NCBI GenBank assembly: GCA_965649825.1
Contig: OZ287702.1
Span: forward strand, 672,786-736,785
DNA length: 64,000 nucleotides
DNA from: Penicillus capitatus
Taxonomy: Eukaryota > Plantae > Chlorophyta
Reading direction: 5' to 3'
Of the stretch, positions 47,288-61,000 are shown piece after piece. How positions within the stretch are numbered: position 1 is the first letter of the stretch; every line of letters starts with the position of its first letter. The notes beneath the pieces were generated by a model, which was not told where the DNA came from, did not search any database, and was given only the letters and a program-made list of their open reading frames with translations. Position numbers and translations under genes: made by a program.

Positions 47288-49809
47288 TTACTTTACCAGG
47301 AAGTAGGACATGTCTAGGTTAGGATCGCCGTGGGCCACGGCATTCTCGGCCTTGGCCTTGAAAAGCTTGCTTCGACTGGCAACGGGATCAATTAGTGTCT
47401 CCGTCACATCGGAGTTATCGCCTGTACAAGGACACATTCACCCCTCTCCATGGAACAACATGTGTGATTAAAAGAGACCTACCTTCAATGATCACGGCTC
47501 CATGGGCTTTGAGCCATTCAACGCAATTTTGAACGGCCACCTTTCGATCCGTCTGCTAAAGGGATGCGATAACGATGCTTAGATGAGGTGAAATGACCTG
47601 TAGGTTGGCTCCGCCACAATGGACAGATTCTGTGCAGCCGGGGAGAATCTCCTCTCCCTGTTCATCAATCGCTTCTTCGCAATAAAAACCCAATGGCTTC
47701 ACCAAAGCATCTACAGGTTCCTGTAACCTACATCACACCATCCACTCAGTCTTGAAGACGGATACCTCTGTTGTTTTACCGGATAGATTTTATAAACAAG
47801 CGTGCTGCCTTGTACCGCACCTCATCGAGAACATGATCGACCAGAGCGCGTCCCAAATTCGGTGCTTGGGCGTAGAGGGCAAAGACCTGAGCGAGGTCGT
47901 TCTGAATGAAGGCAGCTGTCAACTTCAATGCATGCTGCACCTCTGTTGCCTGGCGATCCTGAACAGACACCTCGTTTTACAGGATACACATATTCAGCCC
48001 CGGATGCTTGCTTGAGGATCCAGCGTCCGGATGGTTTTGTTCATGCTAATGGCCTCTCCTTTATTGATGTGCATTACTTGGTAGAGGATACGATAGGCAA
48101 CGAACTCAGAGCGGCATCCATGGATACCAATTTTGTACAATGCTTCGAGGTTGGACTGGCACTGATTGTACTCCCAGATGTCACCATACTCCAAATGTGC
48201 ACGTGCCGATGCCTCGTAGATGCGAACACATGTCTCTGACTGAAGTTGCTGAACAGTACAGTCCTGTCGCATGCCCTGAAGCGACATCCATTCTCAACAT
48301 CAGAATCCCTCCAGAGATGCATGATACCTTGAACTGATCGACGGCGTAAAAGTAATCCACTTCCTTTTGACTGAGAAGGGCAACTAAACGTTTCAGTGCC
48401 TTCTCTAGAACAGACTCCGGTCGGACGACTGAAGGATCTGGCCGGCAAGACAATCGAAAATAGCTCTTCTCCAAATCTTGACTGGTTCCCTGTGGAGGAG
48501 CATCATCCAACTTCGCTGCCTTGTCATGGAAAGGATGCGCTTACAATGAGCTTGGACTTGTGCTTCGGTTCCTCAGGAGTGTACGATGGAGCTGTGACTG
48601 TCAATCGACTGAATCTGGCACTTCTCTCTTGTTTCTTCAGTTCTTCTTCGATGGTGGATATGTGTAATGGTTTGCTCATTGGAGGTGGATTCTTCTCAAA
48701 CCTGTACGAGTTTAACATTTCATCACCTGGTTATGCCTCGCCGAAGGTTACTTCCTCCGTTTTCGCTGGACTGGAGGATCGATGGGTGGCTTGTTTACTG
48801 TCTTCTGTGCCTCTTCCGTCTCCTGTTTCGGCTTCAGCAAGACTTCAGTAGATGGTTGAGGGGGAGGGATGGAGATGTAAGCAGGAGGGGCAGCGGGCTT
48901 TGTCTTCTCGGGAATTCCTGGTTTGATCAAAAATGGAGCGCTCGCCGTTGCAACCGTCTGCGGGTTCTTGAAATTGAATCCAGCAGAGAGCACAGGGGGT
49001 GCACGCGCTTCCAATCCTGGCACCTAATTCCATATCTTCGCATCATTATACAAAGAAAGGCAAGAGAGGGATCAGCGACCTGCTGGTTTTTCTGAGCACC
49101 CACGACTGTGTTGTATTGCTGATAGGCAATGAACTGCTCTGGCTGCAATTGCTGAAGATACAATTCCTGTCGACTGGCATCTGTAGCAGCGTTACCAGAA
49201 GAGGCTGCCTTCGTCGTATCCGTCGTTTTAGCAGAATTCCCTTGTCTTTGCATAAACTGTTGTACATGGACGCTATCGCTGGACGAGTTCTCCGCACTCC
49301 CAGATGGACTGTGCCCCTCTTGATGATTCTGTGCCTCGGGCGTTGAGGGTCCAAGCCCTGGGATTTCGATATCTTCGTTTCCCGGAGGCAGAGGATCATC
49401 GACCTGAGAAAGGCAATGTCCAAGATATACAGTGCACGAACGAACATAGTATGCTTACAGTCGTTGCAGGAAGGGCTGTGGAAGCTGTCATGGTTGTGGG
49501 CTGGACGTAGCCCGACGGCTGGAGTGACGAGAAGGCGTAGTTCGCTGTTATCTGCGCAGAGGATGCGCCATGGTAGTCCTGTGTCGTGGCATATGGGTTG
49601 TAGAAGCCCTGCGCTTGGTACTGCGCCACAAGAGCGGTGTTCTGCTGTAAGTTACGATAGTAAGTTGCCCACGCTTGGTTCGCCGCAGCGTCTTCCTGTA
49701 GATGCCTCCATCACCGAGAGACGATGGAAGGGGAGAGACGCACGGATGGTGTTCGTGATGAAGGCGCTGCCGAAACGGCGGGGAAGAAGGGATTTGTGTT
49801 TTGGTCCAT
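47288..49809 (-). CDS. SAC3/GANP/THP3-family protein (LENG8/SAC3A-like), multi-exon
   Basis: LEKSYFRLSCRPDPSVVRPESVLEKAL, DQFK/GMRQDCTVQ, YEASARAHLEYGDIWEYNQCQSNL, EFVAYRILY, C-terminal ENAVAHGDPNL. Confidence 0.88.
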
Positions 49810-50543
49810 AAGGCGACCTTCAGACCGGCCTCTCCTGACGTCTGATGCTTGGCGTGTTGCCTTCGCTGAACTGTTTGTTTGTGCATTGTACGAAGAAATG
49901 CGCCAAACTTGCTTTCGACAGACGGAGACTTTGATAGCTGCGTTTCTAGCTGCGTCGACCATCCGATTGAAGAACAGGCGAGAGAAACGCCCTCAGAGCC
50001 AGGAGCAGGAAGATTCGTTGAACGTCTAGCTGGATCCGAACACGGTAGCACGCTAGACTGTAAAAAATATGAGTAAAACATTCCATTTGGAGAGGGAGAA
50101 GTCTCTTTATTTTACATGATTCACCGACAGCAGCTCATCCGACATCATTTGGGGGTCATGAAATGCGGTTTAGTGAAACTCGTCGAAGAGAGTGTGTTGG
50201 AATAGACGATTCTTTAATGCCTTCCGGGAATTCCTATCGCTCATTATCACACGTTCGATTAAGATCACATAAACAAGACAGATGAGATGGAACAAGAGAT
50301 AAGGGAGAGAACAAACAAAAGGTCAAGATGTCTTTTTTATCGCTTCATCCCGTTAAATAGAGGCATCTGGCAACCGTTCCCTTCATTGAATATCTCCCAA
50401 GAGTTCAGTTTCTGAGTTCGGATGCTCAGGAATCTGTTCTAGTCCTTGAAGACCGAGAGACATTGTAAAGCTGCAAAGATCTCTTTCTCGACGCAACGAT
50501 GTAATCATGTAAGAGGGTGTTTTTGATTGTAGTAGATGCGGGC

Positions 50544-50578
50544 ACAGGCGGATCATCATACTCTAATGATCCGCCTGT
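50544..50578. repeat. Perfect 13-bp inverted repeat with 9-nt loop
   Basis: acaggcggatcat-catactcta-atgatccgcctgt. Confidence 0.85.
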
Positions 50579-51129
50579 CGGGAATCGTGTAACAACGTTA
50601 ATAAACTGAGAGTCGAAAGACACGCTAACGGCGGCGAAAAAGACGCTCTCATACTTAGCACACGAACTCGAGATTGATTAGAGAGAAATGTCGCCGTTAA
50701 ATACTCAGGATGGTTGGGGATTGCCTAACCTTAAGTCTGACGGCTGCAAACTTCAGTCTTTGTACCGCGTCCACCATCCGATGGTTATTAAACAGTCAGG
50801 CCAGAGAGTAACACCCGTCGCGACGATGGTCAGTGCGCCAGGGCGGTTCTGCGCCGACTCAACCGTCTCCGATGGCTACGTCGGGTGATAAGACATCTGC
50901 ATCTGTGACACCGCCTCTAGCTTTAATTTTAGTGGTAGAGAAGAAGTCAAGCGCCTTGTAGATGTGACATCTGTACGCACACACGTTTGATGGTCGATGT
51001 GTACATCCGTAGGGCCAGCCGTCGGATCTCGGGCCAGCCGTACTTGGATCAGACGCATCTTCTACAACAGAAAATTTAATTCCGATTTGGCAGCAAGGGC
51101 CAGAAGGCCCAAGCATAAGACCCCTCTCG

Positions 51130-52977
51130 AAGATCAGAAAGCCGAATAAGCTTTGGTACCCAGGAGAAAAACCACTCCTAACCACCAAGATGATTCGACA
51201 ACTGAAGAATGATGCATCACTACTGGCCAAAGAACATGTCAAGAAACAATACAAAACTGATCGATCTCTGGTACATCTCATCCACAAGGAATGAACAATA
51301 GTACCTTTCTCTGAGTAAGAGATCCAGAATAGTACCTTTCTCTAAGTAAGAGATCCAGATACTGCAGCACGGCCTCAAATGGATACCGCATCCTGATGAG
51401 ACTGACGCCCGAAAAGGCCTCGCCATGGGCATCGATGACTACATAGCCCGTGCTCATCTGCAAACCAAAGACATCAAAGAGAGTGAGTCAGAGGTGTGGA
51501 AAGAAGCATATATATGCCCACAAGAAAACCAATGACACACCAATGATATCGATGTCTACCAATGAACTCCAAAATGATCCTGTGATCGGGCCATATGCAG
51601 AGCACATAAAACACGTGCTCCAGCCTCAACAGCAGAATCAACTCAAGGGTAGACTAACGGAGAAGCAGAAACGTGTGCGAAAGGTGATCAGGAATATCAG
51701 AAACTCTGAGCAGTGGGTAGTCAAACCCGCCGATAAGAATCAGGGCATCTGCCTGATCCAGCTGCCAATATATATCGCCATGCTGATGACGATTGTACAA
51801 GATGCAAACACATATCATCAGCTCACAGAGCCAAGGCGAAAGCCCAGATCAAAAGTGTGACCTCGAACTGGAACCAGCTCACCAACAAACATCATACGAC
51901 GATCGAACAGAACTCAATGATGCGTCAAATCATTGAATTCGCAGGCGCACCTGTGAAAAGAGTGATGCTAGATGAAGAGAACTGGCAACTCTTCACGTCG
52001 AAACTCTACGCTATCCTAAAGATCCATAAGGGCAAACGGGATGGAATGTACACCTGTCGGCCCCTTGTTCAGGGATTCAGTGCTATCCAGTCAAGGATGA
52101 ACCGAATCTTGGCCAGAATCCTGTACCCGTTGCTGGCGGCAACGAAAACTGCGATCCTGGAGACAACACACGCAAGAGACGCAATACAGAAGTTGTCCAT
52201 CGCCGAGGATAGGGGAATAGTGTACACAGCCGACGTAGAGGCCTTGTATCCGAATGTGCCTGTGGACCAAGTACATCAAGCTTTCAAGACGCTCGTGATC
52301 TTCCTCAGACAATGCCCATGGGCAGAAGATCTAAAAAAGTACACTCATGGGCATGGAATGACCACCTGTGTGATCTCCTATGCGATCTGATATCGTGGTC
52401 CCTGGACATCGTTATCATCACAACGATCCTCCCCTCCACCAAGGTGTACTACAGACAAGCATCTGGCCTGCCCATGGGCTACAGCCTTAGCCCATGGGCA
52501 GCCTGCGTCACACTGTGGGCACAGTGTGAACTACCAGCTCAACAAGCGATCAGAGCCCAGACATGGATGTACGGGAGATATATCGATAACATCTTCCTCC
52601 TCACCCGTCCAGACTCAACGCTTAGATCAACGGAGGACGTCTCACACTGGCTCAAGACTATCTATACAGATCGCATGCAGTCGATCAGATTGACAGTCAG
52701 TAGTGGGGCAGGGACCAGGAGTGTACCATTTCTGAATCTCAACATCGAGACAGATGAGGATGGATCAATCGTGGGCAAGATGTGCACTGTGTGTTACTCT
52801 AAGTCGACGAGTACGTTCCAATACCTGGAACAGACAAGCCTGCACCCACAACAGATCTTCAAGGCAACCGTCCAGCAGGAGGCGGCGAGGATGATGGACA
52901 CTACGTCCCGGATGGACAGACTCCAACAGATGCTCGAGGATGTCTCGATACGATATTCATATCCTTTTATGCCGTAA
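51130..52977 (+). mobile_element. Decayed Penelope-like retroelement reverse transcriptase; no endonuclease seen
   Basis: EIQILQHGLKWIP, VVKPADKNQG, LYAILKIHK..RPLV, TADVEALYPNVP, YRQASGLPMGYSLSP, RYIDNIF, VPFLNLNI, LEQTSLHP; frameshifts near 51530, 51857 and 52380. Confidence 0.85.
51297..51358. repeat. 31-bp tandem duplication inside the Penelope-like element
   Basis: aatagtacctttctct(g/a)agtaagagatccag twice, one mismatch. Confidence 0.95.
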
Positions 52978-54039
52978 TCCGTCGACCAGATGAAGGCCGA
53001 GAGGACTCGTCATCTTGTGGTTGTTAGATTGTACAAAGACATACATATCCTTATGTGTGATTTTAACTGAGTAATGATCCTGCTCAAAAACAAGAGTTGA
53101 TGTGCTAAGGCAGTATTCTAAATCAAGAAGGCAATGCTATCGTTTCTACTGTGATACAATGGGTGCGCAGTTCTTCCTTTAAGGCATCATGTTTTGCCTG
53201 TTTCGTGACCTCTTTTCATTCTAGGCATCACACGCAGGACGTTGCACAAACGCAAAGCAACGGGAGGCCGTAAGAAAGCGCAGAGAAAGAAAAAAGAAGT
53301 TATGCTGATTCGGTATCTTTCCTTCGAACTGCCGGATGGTTGGCTTAAGATATGATATGTGACAACCCTCTACCAGAACAAACCTCGCCTTAAATGTCGA
53401 GGTGCGTCGCGTTCGAGCACCCGGACACTGATCAAATACAGAGCCCTTCTCCTCAATTCCGGCTGCGTTATTTGGCCCTCAGAGGCCACACATCTTATAT
53501 TCTTCTATCTCCCATCGATCCACCCGTCCATCTAGGCATGCACCAAGCAGGCACGCATTATGGCTGTTGGCTACAATCCCAACAGTAACGAACTGGTGAC
53601 AATAAGCAGATCAACAAGAACGAAACCGTAAACGATAGGTACGGAAGAAATCTCTAACAAAATCTGCGATGGAAGAAGTGGATACGCTTACCACTAGCTA
53701 AGACGCGTCGTCAGCTTCGGGCTGTCACACGTCGATACAGAAGATATTATGGGTGCATATGTCTTTTTCGTGTTCGAACTGACGTGACATGATCTTTTTT
53801 GAATTTCTTTTCCGCGTAAGCCTTGGAAACGATTCTACGTTTGATTTTACCGCACGTCTGCCACACTAAGCCAACTACTGTACTGCCTGCCACTTTCCTG
53901 TGAGAGATAACCGCATCCAACCTCTTTTCGCGCGTGTCTAAAAAAGCGAATTGTTTCGACGCTGCGTCGTTATCACATCCCTTTCGCCGTCGACCTAGAC
54001 ATCCATACAGCTGTGTGTTAACTGATAGACGTCAAGAAA

Positions 54040-55589
54040 ATGGCGGAGAATATTACATGTGCACAGACCCTTTCTCGGCAGTACGTTTGTTGTAGTTATT
54101 CAGGTGCATTGCTTTAGGTCGAAGCTCTACAAGCAATGACGTGAATTATTCCTACACCCTTCAGACGGAACGCCGATCCGGAAGCTACGAAGTGTGTTCG
54201 TATAAATCAACGAGCTTTCTCCGTGATGCTCTCGAGCAGTGCCGCATTCACAGATACTTTTTCGACGCGAGTGTTGAGGATTTCCTATCCGACGCATTCA
54301 CGGTTGCCTAACGCAACTGGTGCGCACTTCCTCTTTGAACACTCGTAGGATTTTTCTTGACACTCAGTCTGCAGGAGGCTGAAAATAGAAGACAAAAACG
54401 GACGGATTTCCGTATTCTTGATCTTACACGGTGTGCTTCCTTCGGATACGGTCTACAGATTCACCCTCGTCAACCATTTGGATTCAAAGAAAAGCATAAC
54501 CAAAGGTATCTCTGAAGTGCTATGATCTCACAGTTAGGGACTGGTCGAGCAGGATGGCGGGACACGATCAAACCAGGATTGGCTAAAGGGTTTTCTGATA
54601 TCTCTCTGTCTTCAAGCGTCAAGGACGCAACTGCTGGTTATCTTTTGGGAGACAGCTTTGTCTTCGTTGTGCAGCTTGGACAGGTGACGCCGGACAACCA
54701 TAGATTCAGCAAAAAAATCATAGGGCCGACATGTACAAGCACAGTAAGGTCAAAAAAGCGCTGGATACGAAAGAGGGAGTGCTGCTAGTGGGAATTGCGT
54801 TGTTTAGAGGAGATCCGCTTTTCGGATGCGATTTCGGACGACATCCATATCGGCAGCACAATCTGGTGATAGCATTCGTCCATGCTCGGGGACAGTTTAA
54901 TGGTTGGAATCGTCGTATGCGCGTATAGGAATTTGAAACTGGAGCGTCGCGAAACGGCTTTGAATGGAGAGGACTGCCGCGTTCTTCTCTTTTGCAAGAC
55001 CCATCTTCCCCTGGAGGCCAACTTCAAGGTCACTCTTGCCAACAAAAGATCCAACGATCTAAGCGTCGTCAGAGGTGCGCATTGCCATTGTCTGAGAGCA
55101 ATCTCAAACAAGCGGATGCCGAAGAGCACATGCACACGTTCCCTTCTGGCCATTCTGGCTGGGGCTGGAGTGATTTCTTTAATATGAGAGAACTAATCGA
55201 CAATCCAATGCAAGGATTCCTTGACGATGGCTGGTTCACTATCATCGTCAAGATATCGTTCAGCATCGCGGAGTCCTCGCACCTTGAAGTGAGTGAACTC
55301 GGATATCACTAGATACTAACTCTCGTCGCTCACTCAACAGGTAGCTGCAGAGAGTGTAACAAAGCCGATGTGTCTCGTCTGTCAGATTAAAGAACAGACA
55401 TCCGGGTTCCTTCATGGAAAGACGTAAGACAATCTTCGCATTATCTAGACTTCTTTTACAGATGACATTGTACCTCGCAGTTCTCACAAGTGTTTTTGCG
55501 CGGAGTGTTGTGAGATGTACTACAGAAATAGCACAAAATGCCCCGTGTGTGATGTCAGAGCAGACTACAAGATCAGCGACTATGCCTAG
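54040..55589 (+). CDS. MATH-MATH-RING putative E3 ligase; in-frame TAA at 54309-54311 may make it a pseudogene
   Basis: MATH1 SDAFTVA*RNW/RLKIEDKNGRISVFL..YRFTLVN; MATH2 IHIGSTIW/NLKL..FKVTLAN..GWGWSDF..GFLDDG; RING CLVCQIKEQTSGFLHGKT/SHKCFCAEC..CPVC. Confidence 0.75.
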
Positions 55590-56173
55590 AAACCGAAACT
55601 GCTTTGGATTGCACCTCATTGTACAGTGGTTTTGATCTTGGTTGCGACAACGGATATTAAGCCAAATATGCGATGACGTTGGCGAGACGATTTGTAATGG
55701 GGTAACTGATTCCTCTTATGTAAATTGCTTGCGCACACTGCCCGAATGTTGGAAGGCGTTTAGACGACAGACACTCTCTGTGCATTCAGCTATTCGTGCA
55801 GCTTCCTTCGTCGCTCCACACTGAAACATTCGAAACTCGACATTCATCCCAAGAACAGCCGAGAATCGAGAGGCGGCGAATATACCAACGGACAACAGAA
55901 ACTCCGCGGCGTTTTCTGTAGAAACAGTTGTCGATTGCACTGAGCTCCAGCTAACGAACTAGCTGCCACACGATATCGAGTGGCAGCCGTGTGACATCAA
56001 ATCATCCATCCATCTTCAGCACGACACTCTTGCCGCTTCGACTCTGTTGCCTTCGCGTTTTCACCCGCCTTGCTTTTAATGACTTATCACGCAGCGCTGT
56101 TTATAGATTGTTAGCGAATCGACAGATTCACTGAGCGTCGTCTCCACTTTTCGACTTCACTTGCGTCTCCGAT

Positions 56174-57750
56174 ATGTCTTCCAGAAAACTCAGCGGCTTC
56201 GGTCGACTGTCCCTCTCGTCTTCTGCCTTACTCTGCTTGTCCAATTCCGCAGAATACAACTGTTTCTACTTTAAACACTCCACGAAATGCGACTTAAAAC
56301 TGCCCATCTCAGAATATATACTAAAGGAACATGGGCCCGAACGCCTCTCCGATGCTCGCGAATATTTGGATGCCCTGAACCAAAAACGAATGAAGGTGCT
56401 TGCTGTTGTCGATGCTGAGCCAAATGGCGATGCAGATAAGGAAGTCTTTGCAACGTAATGCCGTTTCACTCCTGTTCGATACAAGAATACTCTGCAGGTA
56501 CTACCGTTCCCTCTGTGCGCTGGAGAGACTGCCCACAGCTGACTCGGATGAACCCAAAATTATCCTTTCCTTCTCCTGGACCAATTCCACATCGGCGAGA
56601 AGGGTATACACAAAAGGGGATATCCATCTCGAAAAGGCGGCTATCCTTTTTAACCTTGCAGCTCTGCTTTCGCAGCAGGCCATACAGACGAGCAACGAAT
56701 CCCATTCGGATAAGCAAGGAGTCGCCGTTGCCAGACTGTTCCAAGTAATCTCTACTCCAACACAGAAAACTCTGAACGGAACAACGAGCCGCAGGAATCC
56801 GCCTCTGTCTTTTCAGAACTGCGAAGAGTAGCAGCAAAGGTGATGTTCCGTTCAGGTGATGCGATCTCATTGTTTGGATGCAGATTGGGAATCCAAAGCC
56901 TTCCGATCTCTCACCCGAGTCTCTGGAGATTGCGGAGACACTGATGTTAACTCAGGCTCAGGAATGTGTCGTTTGGACAGCGATAAAAGATAAGAAACAG
57001 GCATCCGTCGTGGCTCAATGCGCCAAACGTGGTTCCCTGATGTATGCCGATGTACTGCGGCAGCTTAATGGTCTTCCCACGGGAACAGTGGCGGACCGTT
57101 CGTGGAAGGTCGGTTTCGATCCATTGTCCGTCTCCCTCACGGAAGACTGATTTGTAGCCTACGATGGAGCGAAAGAGTTGGCTGCTTGATGCAATCTGCC
57201 AACACTATTCGGCTATTCATGCCCGTCAGAGCAATGAGATCGGTATGGAGATTCCACGTTTGGAGCAGACAGCATCGATTCTGGAGAAGCTTCGCAATAA
57301 AGGATTTGCGAGCGAACACCTCAACCAATTCGTTCATCGCCTCGACAGCATCACCACTGAACGCATACAGAACGCAAAAGCGGTGTGCATACAACTGACA
57401 ACCGGATTCTCTTAAGGCGCTTCTCTAGGATAACGATTCCGTCTATCTTCAGAAAATATTACCGTTTGCGGCGTTGCCAGTTGTCAAGGGCTTTCAGGCC
57501 GTCAAAACCAGCGCCTGTCCTTATCTCGATGCCACGGACGAGACTCTCTTGTCAGATTTCGCGGCGTAGTGCTTACTGAGTTCTCTATGGTGGATGGAGC
57601 ATTCCATTCAATCGTCCACGTGTCCATGATTGGCAGCCCGATTTCTTTTCAGATCGCCAACGATTCATCCATGGCATTTGCCAATGGAAATCTTTCGTCG
57701 TCCTGTGTCTAGCAGAGCAGTTGCCGCACTTCACGAGGCTCTTGACTAAC
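56174..57750 (+). CDS. BRO1-domain protein (ALIX/BROX-like), multi-exon; 3' end approximate
   Basis: YYRSL, SFSWTNS, EKAAILFNLAALLSQ, SDLSPESL..LMLTQAQECV, DNDSVYLQKI. Confidence 0.8.
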
Positions 57751-58093
57751 TGCTTCTCGACGTGCACGATCAGACGGATTATTTTTGTATTGGTATCTTT
57801 GATTCGAACCACAGCGGTTTTGCACAGAGGAAAATAGTAGACACTGGAGCTTCTTCTTTGCCATCTTCGGTCTGAAGTATGACTGAGAAGGTTTATGACT
57901 CTATCGGGGCTGTGCTGAACGATTCCTGTTGAGAGGGCCGATATGTCTTATTCGTTCTTGGTTATAGGTCCCATCCGCTCCGATCGAACTGCCACGATGC
58001 GTTTCCGAATAATGGCCCTCACGACGGAGATCACATGTACATTACGTTGCTGGTCTCCAAGCGTCGCGTACGTTTCGGATCGACGTCGACGCA

Positions 58094-61000
58094 TTGATCG
58101 TCAAAGAACACCGACAGAAGGTCGGCTGTCTCCCTCCACGTTGCCCTTGCCCACAAAAGAACGCATGCTCAGCTGCCAAGCGAAGTGTCAAGACGATCGG
58201 CGTCGCTGAAGGAATGCTGCGGTCTGCGAAGGCGGCGTGTCGAAAAGATCTCCACATGTCCTCGTCTCTTCGCCCAGACGTCGCTGTCGGAGAGAGGGAC
58301 GTCGGGGCTCTCTACGTCGACTATGACTCGACGCTCACCCTCTCATCTTCCATACCTCGACAGTTTGCAGCCATTTCAGAGTCCTTTGCACCAGTGAATC
58401 GATCGTTTGCTATCTTGGATATCTGTCTCATTAAACCGAGTGCCCCCTGATCAGAGTGACGCGAAAGAACGATCGGAAACGATGGCAAAGGTGTCAGCAG
58501 ACTATCAAAAAGAATACGATGCCTTTATCGAAGAATGCATCGATTCCACGGTGAGGCCATTCAGTGGAAGGCGCGACTGTCGACGATGGATTCTCTAGTC
58601 GACGGATGTGTTCGATTGGAATATGATTCGAGATTTCATTTCGAAGATGGCCGCCTTCGAAAGGAAGTGGGTCGGGATACTCGAAGAGAGTCGCGTCCTG
58701 CAAGGTCAGCGATCTGCACTGTGATGATCGATCGTGCATTCGACGGCGGAATAGGAGTGCACGAGGAAGTCTTTTTGCAGGCCGCCCGAAAAACAGAACT
58801 GCATCCTGGATGCGTGCAGGTGCTCGAGAAGTGTGCCAAGCAAGGAATACCAATCGAGGTTCTAAGCATCAACTGGTCGGCAGAATGGATCCGGCGTTCT
58901 CTGACTGACCAATCCAACAACCTCAAGCTTGCACATCTCACACCACCAGTTCTTCTTACAACAGAGCATCACTGTTGTGCAGAGTGATTCTGGAAAAGGA
59001 CAGCGAAAGAATTCGCATCCATGCGAACGAACTGGAGTACGATAATGGCCTCTCAACAGGAAGGCTGGTGAAGTATCCATCCATATTTATGGCTTCACAC
59101 TATGGCAAAGGGTCGCCGCTGTGCATAGAGAGATCGAGTGCGGCGAGGAGAAGGGGAAGCGGATGAAGACGTTATTGGTGAAGAGGTCTGGATCGAAAGG
59201 TCAAACGATCTACATCGGCGATTCTCTCCTGGACTTGGAACCCCTTCTTCTCGTATGGCCTTATCAAGCATCGCTGAAACTGTTTCTCGTTCTGCACAGG
59301 CGGATGTTGGAATCGTTCTCGGTGCTGACCAGACGCTTCTGTCGTTTCTGAAACGCGCTCGTGTGGAAGTGCTATCTATCTCGACAGGCAGTTTGAGAAA
59401 TACGAGCTCGAAGCTCATCCGAGAGAGTTCAAATGGTCGATCCACCTCGTCCACTCGATCCACCTCTTATTTGTTTTGCCAGACGCAGAGAACCCTCGGG
59501 TGTTTCAGGCAATGAACTGGAAAGAAGTGCAGCGGTTTCTCTTCGATGAGGCTGGCCGTGTGCCCCGTGTCCTCGTCATCGCGGGTTCCGACTCCGGTGG
59601 CGGAGCAGGGATCCAAGCAGATCTCAAGGTCACACACTAGTTAAATCGCTACGTCGTCGTGACTGATGGAGATGGATTTGGTAGACATGCCTGGCAGTCG
59701 GATCGTTTGCGACGACGGCGATCACGGCTGTCACGGCGCAGAACACCTTCGGTGTCCAGTCCATCCACTCCATTCCCGCAGGAGAGATAGAACGCCAAAT
59801 GGACGCTGTCCTTTCTGGTAACGTCTGTCAGAGGTTGACCGAATCGCAAATGGCCGCTGTGCAGACATCGGGACAGATGCCGTCAAGATCGGCATGTTGC
59901 CTTCTACCGAAGCCCTGAGGTCTGTTGTGAAGAAACTGGGAGAACATGAAGCGCCAAGTGTTGTGGTGGATCCGGTGCTGGTCGCAACAAGCGGAGACAA
60001 ACTTACTGGAGATCAGGTTGCAGAAATGATAATCAAGGAGCTTCTTCCACTGGCGACAGTGGTGACGCCCAATATCCACGAAGCTGAGATCCTGAGTGGA
60101 CAGAGAATCACTTCGCTTGACGATATGGAATCAGCCGCCCGTTGCATCCATCGAGCAGGTCCACAAATGGTTGTCGTGAAGGGAGGCCACATGCCGGAAT
60201 CGAAGAGGGTCCACGACGTGATCTTCGATGGAAGGGATGTGCACATTCTGGAACACGCGTTCATCGAAACGCAGCGATTGCACGGAACCGGATGCACATT
60301 GTCATCGGCGATCGCATCCTATCTGGCTCAAGGCATGGTACCATTGGTTGCCATTCGACATGCCATCTTCTATCTACAAGACGCATTGGGCGGCAGTCTA
60401 GAAATGGACATCGGTCAAGGCACACAGCTGCCATTCCATCATGGCTATCGGTTACATCGTTGGCCAAAAAGACGGTCTTTTCGGACAGCGTTCAGTCTAT
60501 GTCTCTATGGAATCACGGATCAGAGGTACAACGAGAAGCACAAGCGGAGCTTTAGAGAAGCTGTGAGAGGGGCTATTGATGGAGGCGTGACTATTCTGCA
60601 GATCAGAGACAAGGATAGTGATGCGTCTCACTTCTTAGATTGCGTTAAAGTCGCGATGGAAGAGGCGGAACAACATGGAGTGCCAGTGATCGTCAACGAC
60701 AGGGTCGATGTGGCCATCGCCGCTGATGCTGACGGTATCCATGTCGGACAGGTACACAAATACTTCCGGTTCCTGAGCCAGATCCGACAATGTTATTTTG
60801 ATCTCCCATAGGAGGATCTGCCAGCAGCCGAAACGCGACGACTGATCGGTCCCGATAAGATTCTAGGAGTTTCTGCAAAAACAGTGCAGGAAGCGCTGGC
60901 GGCAGAGAGCGCTGGTGCCGATTATCTAGGCGTCGGCTCTATGTACGCAACACCGTCGAAAGACTCCTCAATCGTCGGTGTCGATCGGCTGCGATCGATT

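Noticed and set aside
51385-51450. Hammerhead ribozyme-like CTGATGAG...GAAA in the Penelope-like element
   Set aside because: Helix II and III pairings fail, and the stretch reads as the PLE coding motif GLKWIPHPDETDARK.
53390-53640. WD40-like fragments (LRGHTSYI, MAVGYNPNSNELVT)
   Set aside because: Short, in different frames, and with no supportable gene model.
54309-54311. TAA/TAG-to-Gln recoding, as in some ulvophytes, to explain in-frame stops
   Set aside because: BCKDHA (TAA) and PTPA (TAG) end at their expected C-termini, and the internal TAGs in pseudogenes align to Tyr or Lys rather than Gln.
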